The notes under the pieces were generated by a model. The model saw only the letters and a list, made by a program, of their open reading frames with translations. It was not told where the DNA came from and ran no database searches. This document shows, one piece after another, positions 12,154 through 22,619 of a DNA stretch of 64,000 bases (position 1 is its first letter; every line of letters starts with the position of its first letter). The position numbers and the translations under genes are program-made. The DNA lies in the NCBI GenBank assembly GCA_024137785.1, contig JAHRHZ010000144.1, positions 15,961,819 through 16,025,818 of the forward strand, in the 5' to 3' direction. This DNA is from Ginglymostoma cirratum (lineage: Eukaryota).

Positions 12154-12660
12154 ATGCTAATGTATGTTGGATTGGAGACAATAGAATGTCGTATTTGGAA
12201 TATTTGGGGAAAATGGAGGACAGAAGTTCTAGCATTACTACCCAAAGCTAAACCACCCAAGTCTGAGCTACATTGTACAGTAATATTTGATGAAACTCAG
12301 AATGAAACACTAGAGAGGCAACGGCATGATGAAGTCATCACCCAGCAGCATTTAAGAAGTAAAGCTATGATAGTAGGAAAGCAGGGAGCTGCGTTGCAAA
12401 TAAGGAAAAATGAATTCTTGGAAAAATGGTATAGTGTGCCAGGAGCCACGCCCCATGTGACACTATTAGTAAATGAGGGATATCAGTCCAAAGACTTAGG
12501 ACCCATGGTAAAGCAAGCAGAAACGATCAGTGATTGGCAAATAGCAGCATCAGGGGTCTGGAAATCTGGGAGCGATGATTATGCTAGAATTGCAGTATGT
12601 ATAGACATGGTGGGAAACCCAAAGGAGGTCGAGGTGACTCCCCAACGGTGGATGCCAGTA
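12154..12660 (+). pseudogene. 2H phosphoesterase (CNPase-like) domain within Pol
   Basis: SELHCTVIF (His at 12271) and PHVTLLV...KDLGPMV (His at 12454), 61 aa apart; resembles vertebrate CNP LHCTTKF/AHITLG. Confidence 0.75.
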
Positions 12661-12699
12661 ACAGTTGATGAAAATGGTCAACAAAAGGATGAGCGATTG

Positions 12700-13545
12700 G
12701 ATACATTGCCGGTCATTTTATGGTCACAACATGACACAGATGTGGGGAAAGTGAAGTCAGCAAATCCAGTAGAGATAAAGTTAAAAAAAGGGGCTATTCC
12801 ACCTAGAAGGCCACAATATCCCTTAAAACCAGAAGCAGAGGAGGGAATAGCAGCAACGATACAGGGATTACTGGAAGCAGGGGTGCTTAGGGAGATGAAT
12901 AGTCCCTGTAACACCCCATTGTTGCCAGTCCTAAAAGTAGATGGGTCAAAGTGGAGACTTGTGCATGATTTAAGAGCAGTAAATGAGGTGGTGGAGGATT
13001 GGCCAGCAGTGGTTCCAAATCCACATATACTGCTGACTAATGTGCCTCCACAGGCAGCCTGGTTTTCGGTTGTTGATTTATGTTCTGCTTTCTTCAGCAT
13101 TCCACTGGCAGAGCATTGCCAGTATTTGTTTGCCTTTACGTACAGGGGTCAGCAGTATACGTACACTAGAATGCCGCAGGGGTTTAAACAGTCACCACAT
13201 GTATTCAACCAAGTTTTAAAGACAGATTTAGAGGGCATGGTGTTGGAAAGTACGCTAATTCAGTATGTTGGTGATTTATTAGTCTGCTCAGAAAGTCAGG
13301 AACGATGTGAGCAGGACAGCCTTTTCCTCCTGGAGAAACTGGCATGTGGAGGTCACAAGGTGTCCAGAAAGAAATTACAGTTTTGTAAGCAGCAGGTTGA
13401 ATATTTGGGTAGACTGATTTCTAAAGGGACTAAGATGATTGCACCAAATCAGGTTGAGGCAATTACTAAAGCCCCCAGACCTAAGATGGTAAGACAGATG
13501 ATGACATTTTTGGGAATGGCAGGATTTAGTTCAGATTGGATAGGG
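12700..13545 (+). pseudogene. pol: Reverse transcriptase (inactivated, 3'-truncated Pol)
   Basis: PQYPL, SPCNTPLLPV, WRLVHDLRAVN, VVDLCSAFF, TRMPQGF, QYVGDLL (YVDD changed to YVGD) and FLGMAGF. No RNase H or integrase follows. Confidence 0.95.
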
Positions 13546-14967
13546 AAAGTGCAGAGCCCACTTTCTTAGCATGGGCACGGGCCCGGAACAACTACTGGTA
13601 TCAATGGGCGAATTATACGGCAGCAATATTGGCCAGACAGGACTGTTTCCTGTGTGATAAGGCAAATCCATCATATTTCGTTGTCCCTATGCCTTATAAC
13701 TCGTCCACCTGCACCCAATGGTGGCTACAACAACTTACCCAATGGCGGCTATAACATCCTGGACAACCATTTGACCCAGATGGTTTATCATCATATAGGT
13801 GGCCCTGTTGTCCTTCTGGTGCCTCCTCCTCCAAGCCTCCACATTCCATCAACACGATGACGTGGGGAGACGGCATCTCCAACAATGGTGTGGCTACAGT
13901 ACTCCTTGGTCTACTAGTGAAACTGCCCACCCATTCCCCATAACTGATTTTAAGGTGCATGAAGATTTGAGCTTTGAATGTTTCAAACGAAATGGTTCTG
14001 TGCCAGTAGGCCATTTTGAAGGCCTGTGTGGGAACACGATTAACATTGAGGCCGCCACAACCTTTGGTGCCATCCTGCACTCTCAGCATATCCCATTAGC
14101 AGATACCTGGTGGCTGTGTGGACGGGAAGGTGGGTTACGTCCGATAATTCCCTCTGACTGGGATGGTATCTGCACTCGTGTAATGGTCCTTCACGAGGTT
14201 GTTGTTTCGCCACAAGCTCAATTTGACGCTCTGTCGCAACTGATTTTATGCCGTCTGAGATGACAGTATGTCCCTGATCCAGCAGTACGAATCGATAGCA
14301 TAGGTCAGCCAAGAGGCATTCCCAACGAGTTCAAGGCCCGAAACGAAATTGCTGCGGGGTTCGAGTCTCTTCTCTCGCAAGTGGTATTAGCAAGAATGCC
14401 GAATGGATTAATTACATCTATTACAACCAACAACGATTTATTAACTACACTAATGATGCCCTCTCAGCCTTGGGGGAGCGATTGGATGCAACTACAAAAA
14501 TGTCATGGCAAAACAGGCAGGTCCTGGACTGGATGTTGGCCGAGAAAGGCAGAGTCTGTGTAATGTTTGGAGAACACTGTTGCACCGTCATACCTAACAA
14601 TACTAGCCCAGGAGGGTCATTTACTTAGGCAATGGAAAAGCTAAAGAAACTAAGGGAGGAGCTCAAGGACAATGCAGGTTTTGGCCATGAGGTTTTTGAT
14701 TGGTTGGATAACGTATTGGGGGTTTGGGGAGCTTGGTTCGCTAAGATTGGAATTACCATAGGTATCTTGTTGTTTGTCATCGCATTTGCATTTTTCTGTG
14801 CTTTACCTCTAATTAAGTCTCTTTTAGTGCGTTTCACTGCATGACAGCTCCTGGTTATTCCAACGACTTCCGGACACTTTTCCCCTTCTGATAATGTTCC
14901 GCCGCTCTATTACTATGATCTGACGTCCGATACGGTGCAGAAGGCTTGTCTGGACGAAGGCGCCTGA
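13546..14967 (+). pseudogene. env: Gamma-type Env (5'-truncated, with stops and frameshifts)
   Basis: SU CxxC (CFLC 13644-13655); furin-like RLR* at ~14252-14263; IDSIGQPRGIPNEFKARNEIAAGFES; ISD QNRQVLDWMLAEKGRVC with CX6CC (14509-14583); TM helix IGITIGILLFVIAFAFF. Confidence 0.92.
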
Positions 14968-15207
14968 GTTACTTCTATGAAATGCGCGAGTTAAGATTGT
15001 AAGGGTCCTCGGATCCTTTTTTCCTGTTCTGGTTATGGAAGGACGGGTTTTTGGCCCAGGGACTCCAGGAGTAGAGAAAGAACCCTTTAAGACTTATGAC
15101 CCCGAAACATTGGCTCTGCCCACTTTTGGGCCTGCAACATCCTATTGGTCATTATGGGGGGTCTAGCCTTATTGTCTTCTTTCTCTAAAGTGAGACCAGT
15201 AGGTCTC

Positions 15208-15218
15208 AAAGGGGGGAA
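15208..15218 (+). promoter_or_regulatory. Polypurine tract
   Basis: AAAGGGGGGAA immediately before the TG of the 3' LTR. Confidence 0.9.
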
Positions 15219-15747
15219 TGTACGGAAAATAAAAGGCAAGGTAGATGAAGTGATACATAAAATGATAGAATGATACATACAATTGTACCTTAGAGAAAAC
15301 CATGGTAGCATGATATGCTTAGGTTAGTCAATCCACGCGATGGGTATTAATAAAAAACAATGGTAGCATAATATGATTAGGATAGTCAAGCCACGTGGCA
15401 TGTAGGCAAATGTTAAAAATCATTGTGGCAGGAGTAATGCATGAATGCAATGATTGATTGAGCGTAGTGTTTTAAAGCAGAAAACAACTGAAGCAAAGAG
15501 TGATTTAGAAGATGAACAGTCTGGGAGAGATAACACATAGTTTTGGAGAGATAACACGGGCTAACATAATTGGTCATGTTGATAACCTCAGAGAAACATG
15601 ATAACTGAGAAAAAGTATAAAGAAGAACAGGCCCCGAGGGTCGGGGGCGATCTGGAAGTTACTTTCTGATTGTCGCAGCTTTTGTTTGCAAATAAAAGTT
15701 TACATTCTTGAGGAATTCTCTACGTCTCCTGGTGATTCTCTACAACA
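15219..15747 (+). repeat. 3' LTR (529 bp)
   Basis: TG...CA termini; matches the 5' LTR; followed by CTGT. Confidence 0.97.
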
Positions 15748-16450
15748 CTGTCAGCTGCAGGTGGCCAGTGGGACATGTTGCTTGATATGGTCTGTAAGCC
15801 ATTGGGACATACAGCCTACTTACCTGGCATCTCACTTGCACTGAAACTCATATCACGTTACTAATCTATGCAAAACGTTAGCAGGCTGTTGGTGGAGAAA
15901 ACAGCTAATGAGTTTACAGCACGGTAACGGCTGGCTTCACCGGTTGTTCAAATGGTGGGGAGACCTTCCCCTCCTAAGGTAATGAGGGAGATTTGGGTGC
16001 CACTCAGACCCCACACTGGTGGACATAGGCCCTTTCATGTTTTTGCACATGTTCACTGAGTGATGGCTTGATTAGGGTAGCCATTATCACACAGGAAATT
16101 TTCAATACCCTCCAGCTCAGTGGCGAACATGCAGTGAATTGATTGCTGGAGCCCTATTCATGAGGTTGCCAATCAGATTGACCTTGTAGTGTTCAGAACT
16201 GAAGGAAAACCAATGTGTATGTTGATTGGTAAATATAGGCTTTTGTTGGACAGTACAAGAGAACCCATTAATGGATTTCTCAACAAGTACACCAAAGAAG
16301 GGGAGCTCATTTGATCGTTCCATTTCAGTGGTAAATTTGAGTGCAGGATGGAGATTTTCAAGGAGCGCAAAGAAATTCTTTGATTCAGCTACAGATTCAA
16401 ATCAACATAACCATATCATCTACATGTTGGTATATGAGGAGGGATAGGAC
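15748..16450 (-). mobile_element. Penelope-like element, RT C-terminus and GIY-YIG N-terminus, right of the ERV insertion
   Basis: Minus strand: HVDD (16415-16426), ELPFFGVLV...TVQQKP...YKVNLIGNLMNRA, and IYEFQCK*DAR*VGC...IKQHVP. Confidence 0.8.
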
Positions 16451-17962
16451 GCTATCTGTCATTTTACTGAAGTATCACAATATATTTGGGAAACGGCATG
16501 GATACTAGAGCTTCAGTACAACCAGGGGTTCACCCCAAAATTAAAGACTTAATAAAAGTGCACAAAGTTCCCAATTCACCTGACTGATAGACTCAAGTTA
16601 ACAGAAAACACTTACCAGCTTTTGCACTTAAACTGTTCATTGCGAATAAGTCAAATCTAACCACAGGCAAACAAAACCATGAATTATCAATATAGAGTTT
16701 CAGCCAGCAGAACTCTTAAGTCTTTTCATAAACCCAGTAATGTTTGTAGCAGTGAACAGCGAGGTGGATAGCCAGGGATTAGGGATTCCGCAGTTTGTCT
16801 CCTGTACAGTGCATGGGTCAGTGTGTAAAATCCTGTTTCTTTAGAGGGCTTCCTACCAGTCAATCATGCAGCCCCTCTCCTTCACTGGTTCAAACACTCA
16901 CCCTGTTTTCCTAGGTGTGGTCATAGCCATTTCCTTCCCAATACACACTTCCAATTTCCCGCACAACAGAACGCCACAGCGAGTTCCACCACCTCTAACT
17001 CTTGGCTGCGGCCCTGCCCATCCATTTCCCTCCCAACCCATCTACGTGAGACTGCATGTGCCCAGCTTTTGTCCCCCAGCCTCTAGCACATGAGGTATGG
17101 TTATACACTATTTCCACCTTGTATTTCCTTTCCAAGACAGACAGCACACATTTATGTCCCCCGAACCCTCCATCCCCTTTCCCCCTAGATTCTACGGATG
17201 GATCTGACAGACTGACTATGGCTTACCTCCTTCAGGGACCAAACTAGACAGCCCCAGACAAGATGTGTTACACCCAATTTATGCCTGTGCATCGTTCCCA
17301 AACAGATTAGCCCTACCTCTCTGCTTCCAGTCGAGTCTCTATGGAGCCATAAGACCGTGAACAACTGCCTGGATTGCAGAGGCACAGACAGATGTCCCCC
17401 TGACAAATCCCCTGGATTGGTACTGGAGGCTGCCCTTGACTTTCTGTGCATACATGAGCATGCACTAACAGAGCAAGCAGTAGCCCTGATATACTGTTTG
17501 GCTCAATCCATGAACTGAATGCCTATGCTTGCATGCAAAAAGTGTCCTTGCAGCCTCCTTTCAATCCTAATTGTTGGTGCACCCTGCAATGCAGGTCTGT
17601 GTTTCTTGAGCATCTTACAAGTGGATCTGAGGGATGCCATGGTAGCAATGTCAGATGCCAATGTCCATGGAAGATGAGTTTGTGGAGCCCATTGGTCCCG
17701 AAGGTTTGGTCAGGCAGCCCCAAGGCTGATTGTGTCTGGATGGGTGGTTTGTGCCGAGAAGTTTCTTTTCAGAAGCAATCAGGCAGGGTGAAGCTGGAAA
17801 GCCTAGCTCCTCCCTGGGGTGTTCTGGCTACAGTGCCCATGGATATCACTCAAAAGCTGCTCACAGAAAGCAGGTACTTACTGACTTCTGGTTTGAGAAT
17901 TCTCAACATCTATCTCATTTGCTACATTTTGTAAGATAGGAAACAGGGCATTAATGAGGTAG

Positions 17963-18135
17963 AAAACAAAAAAAAAATTGCTGGAAAACCTCAGCAGGTC
18001 AGAACTGAGGAAGGGTCACCTGACCCGAAATGTTAACTCTGTTTTTCCCTTCACAGATGCTGCCAGACCTGCTGAGCTTTTCTAGCCACTTTGTTTTTGT
18101 CCCTGATTTACAGCATCTGCAGTTCTTTTGGTTTT
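17963..18135 (+). mobile_element. Penelope-derived insert (family 2) with 14-bp TSD and hammerhead-like core
   Basis: cattaatgaggtag at 17949-17962 and 18136-18149; CTGAGGA-agggtca-cc-tgaccc-GAAA-tgtt at 18005-18034; short inverted arms. Confidence 0.8.
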
Positions 18136-18179
18136 CATTAATGAGGTAGGTTGTGACATTAACAAAAGGTGCTTCACCA

Positions 18180-20280
18180 GCAATCATTCTCTTTAATTAG
18201 CAGCTCACCACTGACTAGGAAGAGACTCATCACTTGGCAAAAGGGAATAATGTAGAAGACCAATGATCTAGACCTTGGTGTGTAGGAAACAGAATCCAAA
18301 TTTGTGATGATATAAAACTTGGAAGCACTGTTAACTGTGAGGATGACTGTGTAAAAGTACAAAAGGACATTGGCAAGTTGGTGGAATGGGTGGATAACTG
18401 GCAGATGTTCAACACAGAGAAGGGTGAGGGTATACATTTTGGCAGAAAGAACATGGAGATAAGTGAAATATAAAGGGCGCAACCCTGATGGGTGTGTGCA
18501 AGAGAAGAGATGCCTGGGTATATGTGAGCATAAGTCATTAAAAGCAGCAGGGCAGGGAGAGGAAACAGTTACTTAACCATACAGTACCAGAGACTTTATT
18601 AATAATGGCAGAGAGAACAGGAACAAGGAAGGAACATGGGATTGTATGGTGGTTCAGTGGTTAGCAGTGCTGCCTCACAGTACGATGGACCTGGGTTCAA
18701 TTCCAGGCTTGGGTGACTGACTGCATGGAATTTGTATGTTCTCCTTGTGTCTACCTGGGTTTCTGCCAGATGTTCTTATTCCTTCCCACAGTTCAAAGAT
18801 GTACAAGTTAAGTGGATTGGCCATGCTGTAGTGTCCAGGGTTGTGCAGGCTCTGTGGTTCAGTGGGGTAAATGTGGGGATAGGCTGGGATGGTCTTTGGA
18901 GGGTCTGTGTAAACTTAATGGGATGGCTCCTTTCAACACTGTAGGGATTCTATGATTCCAAATAATGCTGAACTTGTATATCATGAATAATAGGACTCTA
19001 GAAAGTACAAAGAATCAGAGGGACGTTGGTGTGCTTGTCCGTAGATCCTTGAAGACAGCTATACAGCAACATGGGGTTAAGGCAGGATATGGGATACTTG
19101 CTCTAATTAGTCTTGCATTACACTGCAAGAGCAAGGAGATTATGATAGAACTATATAAAACAGTTGTTTGCTCGCAGCTGGAGTACTGAGTTCAGTTCTA
19201 GTCCCTACACTATAGCAAGGATGTGGTCATGCTAGAGAAAGTGTAAGGGAGATTTACCAGGATATCACCTGGGCTGAAGCTTTTCAGCTATGAAGAGAGA
19301 CTAAAGAGGCAGGGGTTGTTCTTTTATAGGGCAGAGAAGGCTAAGGGGGGAAACATATTGAGGTGTACAAAATAAGGGCTGTATATGTGCAGGGCAAAAA
19401 GGAAATTTTTCCCTGTTAGTAGAGGGATCAATAGTCAGGATGCATAGATTTAAGGAGAGGACAGAGGTTTCAAATTTCAAGTCTGGGGAAATATGTTTTG
19501 ACTGAAGGGTGAGAGTTTCAGGAATTCATTGCTTGAAGCAGTGATAATGGCAGGATCCCTCAACATTCAAGAATATAGGTGAACACTTGAAATATAGATG
19601 AATATAGATGAACACTTGAAATTCCATGCATACAAGGCTATGAGCCAGGTGCTGGAAAATGGAAATAGAGTGGATAGGTATTTGCTGACCTGTGCAGATT
19701 AAAAAAAAGAGGCCCTTTGGCCCATCTCCATCCTGTGAAACCCTTTAATTCTATTATTCTAAGACACTAGTCAGACCTCAGCTGGCATATTGTCTACAGT
19801 TCTGGGCACCAGAAAATATTGGATGTGAAGATATTGAGAAAAAGTGCAGGAGAGATTTACAAGAATGGTTCCAGGGATGGGAAACTTCAATTACGAAGAT
19901 AGATTGGAGAAGATTGGACTGTGTACTTTGGAGAGCAGAAGGTTAAGAGGAGACTTGGAGAAAATTTTCAAAATTACGGGGCTGGATGGAGTTAGAGTGA
20001 AATGGTTCCGTCCCATAAAAGGTGAGGGCACAGATTATTTCAAAAGAACCATGTGATGTAGGTAAAATTGTTTTCACAGAGCAATGAGATGGGGTCTGGG
20101 ATGCACTCTAGAAGTGTGGTGGAAGGAAGTTCAATTCAGGCATTCAAGAGGGCATTAAATGATTATTTAAATAGAAAGAATGTTTTGTGCATTGGGGAAA
20201 AGGCACCACATCACAATGTGGTACAGACACAATGGGCCAAAAAGCCTCCTTTTCTGCACTGTAACAATTTTGTAATTCGA
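18180..20280 (+). mobile_element. Cluster of decayed CR1 ORF2 3' fragments
   Basis: QRDVGVLV, ELYKTVV..QLEY and QERFTRMVPG...YEDRLEK.GL..LE.RRLRGDL, all CR1 RT C-terminal motifs. Confidence 0.8.
18645..18960 (+). mobile_element. HE1-like V-SINE nested in CR1
   Basis: tggttcagtggttagcagtgctgcctcacag...ctgggttcaattcc (A/B boxes), V-domain, tatgattc tail. Confidence 0.75.
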
Positions 20281-20364
20281 TCGATTTATTGAGACATGAA
20301 GATCAATACATGACCACAGACTGAGACACCATCCCAATGTACAGCAGCAAGCAACTTTAAAAAA

Positions 20365-20715
20365 GTATCAATTCTTGGGATTTGGATGTCACTGGCAGGT
20401 CCAGCATTTATTGCCCGTCCAAGTCGAGTGTCATAGAGTGTTAGAGCACACACTGCCAATGATTCTGGAGTCACATGCAGACCACACCAAGTAGAGATAG
20501 CAGATTTGCTGTCCTAAAAAGGACATCGGTGAATGAGATGGCTTTTTATAACAATTGACAGTGGTTACATTGTTGGTATTAAACTAGATTTTTTAAAACA
20601 ATTGAATTCATATTTCACATTTCACCATTTGTCTTAGCAGGATTCAAACCCTTTATACTGAGATTCTGGAGTGCTAGTCCAATGACATTACCACAATGCC
20701 AGTGCCTCCCCATAA
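20365..20715 (-). mobile_element. tRNA-derived SINE
   Basis: Reverse-complement copy of the 20858-21220 family. Confidence 0.6.
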
Positions 20716-20857
20716 CTAACATTCAAACTTCAGAGGATCATAAGAGACACATTAAAGAAAACCTGAAACAGAAGATCAAACAAGGAGGATAACAAACTTT
20801 TGCAGTTTTCACAGAAAGTATGTATCGAAAGCAAGTCAAATAGATCAATGGGGTTGA

Positions 20858-21220
20858 GGGGAAGCGATGGCCTAGTGGTGTTATCACTGGACTATTAATC
20901 CAGAGACTCAGGTAATGTTCTGGGGACCTGAGTTTGAATCACACCGTGGCAGATGGTGGAATTTGAATTTAATAAGCATCTGGAATTAACAATCTAATGA
21001 TGACCATGAATGCATTGCCGATTGTCAGAAAATCCCATCTGGTTCACTAATGTCCTTGAGGGAAGGAAACTGCCATCCTTACTTGGCCTGGCCTACATGT
21101 GACTCCAGACCCACAGCAGTGCGGTTGACTCTTTACTGCCCTCTGGGCAATTAGGGGTGGGCAATAAATACTGCCTAGCCAGTGACACACCTCATCCTGT
21201 GAATGAATAAACAAAAAAAA
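20858..21220 (+). mobile_element. tRNA-derived SINE with CR1-like 3' end
   Basis: gatggcctagtgg A-box and gtttgaatc B-box; ends gaatgaataaac(A)n. Similar copies at 33475-33825 and 61245-61582. Confidence 0.75.
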
Positions 21221-21844
21221 ACTTGATAAAGATTTGTAACAAAAATAAATGAGGGATATCTGTTTCTGAGCAGCTCCCTACCAAATTTATATTTTGTTTT
21301 TCCATGAATCTACTTCATGCTTTGGAAATCGATCCTTTAATATGCATAGTAAAACGGCAGATCCTATTTACATTTCCAAGCATCTTATTTTTAAACCAAT
21401 TAAACCTATTCCCAAAGGAGACCAACTCCGTGCTGGTGTGAGGTTCCACAGGTAGAGACCTATACCTGCAGTCATAGGCAAAAAGTGAGCCATTCTTGCT
21501 GTCTCATCAGAGACACTGGCTGGTGTCTGCCTGGTTGACTATTGCAGCAACAGGGCCAAGCCCACCCCCACACTTGTTCAAGACTAACTTATACACCCAT
21601 AAAACCAATCACGCCTACCAGTAGTTGCTAATTAGTGGCTGGGAGTGGGAGCTATGAACCATCTCCCAGTCTCCAAACAAGGGCTGTCGACATTAATAGA
21701 AGCACTCCCACAGCCAACTCCTCTGAAAATCAGCTGCATCAGCGCAAGTCCAAACCCAAACCCTTCCTGCTCAGTTCCTCACTGGATTCATCAACATGAT
21801 GAACAGAACCATAAGCCTGGCGACGCTTCCTCCTGTCGTATTTA

Positions 21845-22230
21845 TAATGTGGAGGTGCTGGTGTTGAACTGGGGGTGGACAAGGTCAGAAATCACACAAC
21901 ACCTGGTTATAGGTCAACAGAGACAGTAAGAACTGCCAGTAAGATGCAGGAGTCAGACATAACACAGTGTAGAGCTGGAGGAGCTCAGCATGCCAGGCAG
22001 CATCAGAGGAGCAGGAAAGCTGACGTTATGGGTTGGGACCCCTCTTCAGAAATGAGGGAGGGGGAAGGGAGCTCTGAAATAAATAGAGAGGGGAGTATTT
22101 TTTTGACAACACAAGCTTTCGGAGCCTTACTCCTTCCTCGGGTGTTAGTGAGGGAGGTAGTATCAGACACAGAATTTATAAGTAAAAGACCAAAGGGTCA
22201 CACCACTGATGAGGATGTACTAAACAAAAC
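21845..22230 (-). mobile_element. Penelope-derived element (family 3) with a family 1 copy nested at ~21920-22095
   Basis: The reverse complement of 22110-22143 is cacccgaggaaggagtaaggctccgaaagcttg (decayed hammerhead-like core). The family 1 arm is recognisable inside. Confidence 0.5.
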
Positions 22231-22619
22231 TTTCTGTTACAGGTTTTTGGATCTAACTAGTTGTAAATCTGCCCAATAGAAGTTTATTTTTCTAATTGAA
22301 GCCTTGCCCCGACAAATCAGGGTTAAGTGAGTGTGCACCCAATTTTTGGGTCAATGCTCAGTGCCTCCATCACACAATAAATCTCAACCTTTTTAAAATT
22401 ACATTGAGTGTGCGACTCCCATGATATCTTTAAAGGTGGGGCAGTTGTCAGGGTTAAGCCTCAAATTAAGGGGTGTTTTGTGTGACTGATTCTGCAATGA
22501 CAGCTCTATTTTCATTCCAAAGCCTTTAATGATTTCAAGTGGATTTAAAACTCCTTCTGAGTAGGAATTTTCTTTTTTCAAAATAGCCCTTTCATCATAA
22601 TGTTTGTCTCCAGCAAGAG

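Larger units (their letters stand above)
8581..15747 (+). mobile_element. Defective class I (epsilon/gamma-like) endogenous retrovirus provirus
   Basis: Order LTR-PBS-gag-pro-pol(partial)-env-PPT-LTR; CTGT at 8577-8580 and 15748-15751. Confidence 0.97.

Noticed and set aside
10004-14312. Antisense ORFs over gag, pol and env
   Set aside because: Expected shadows of purine-rich coding sequence; no recognisable motifs.
13546-14967. Domesticated (syncytin-like) env gene
   Set aside because: No signal peptide, several stops and frameshifts; not an intact ORF.
18645-18720. tRNA genes at A/B-box-containing segments (also 20865, 33478)
   Set aside because: They are SINE heads that continue into SINE bodies; no complete cloverleaf is seen.
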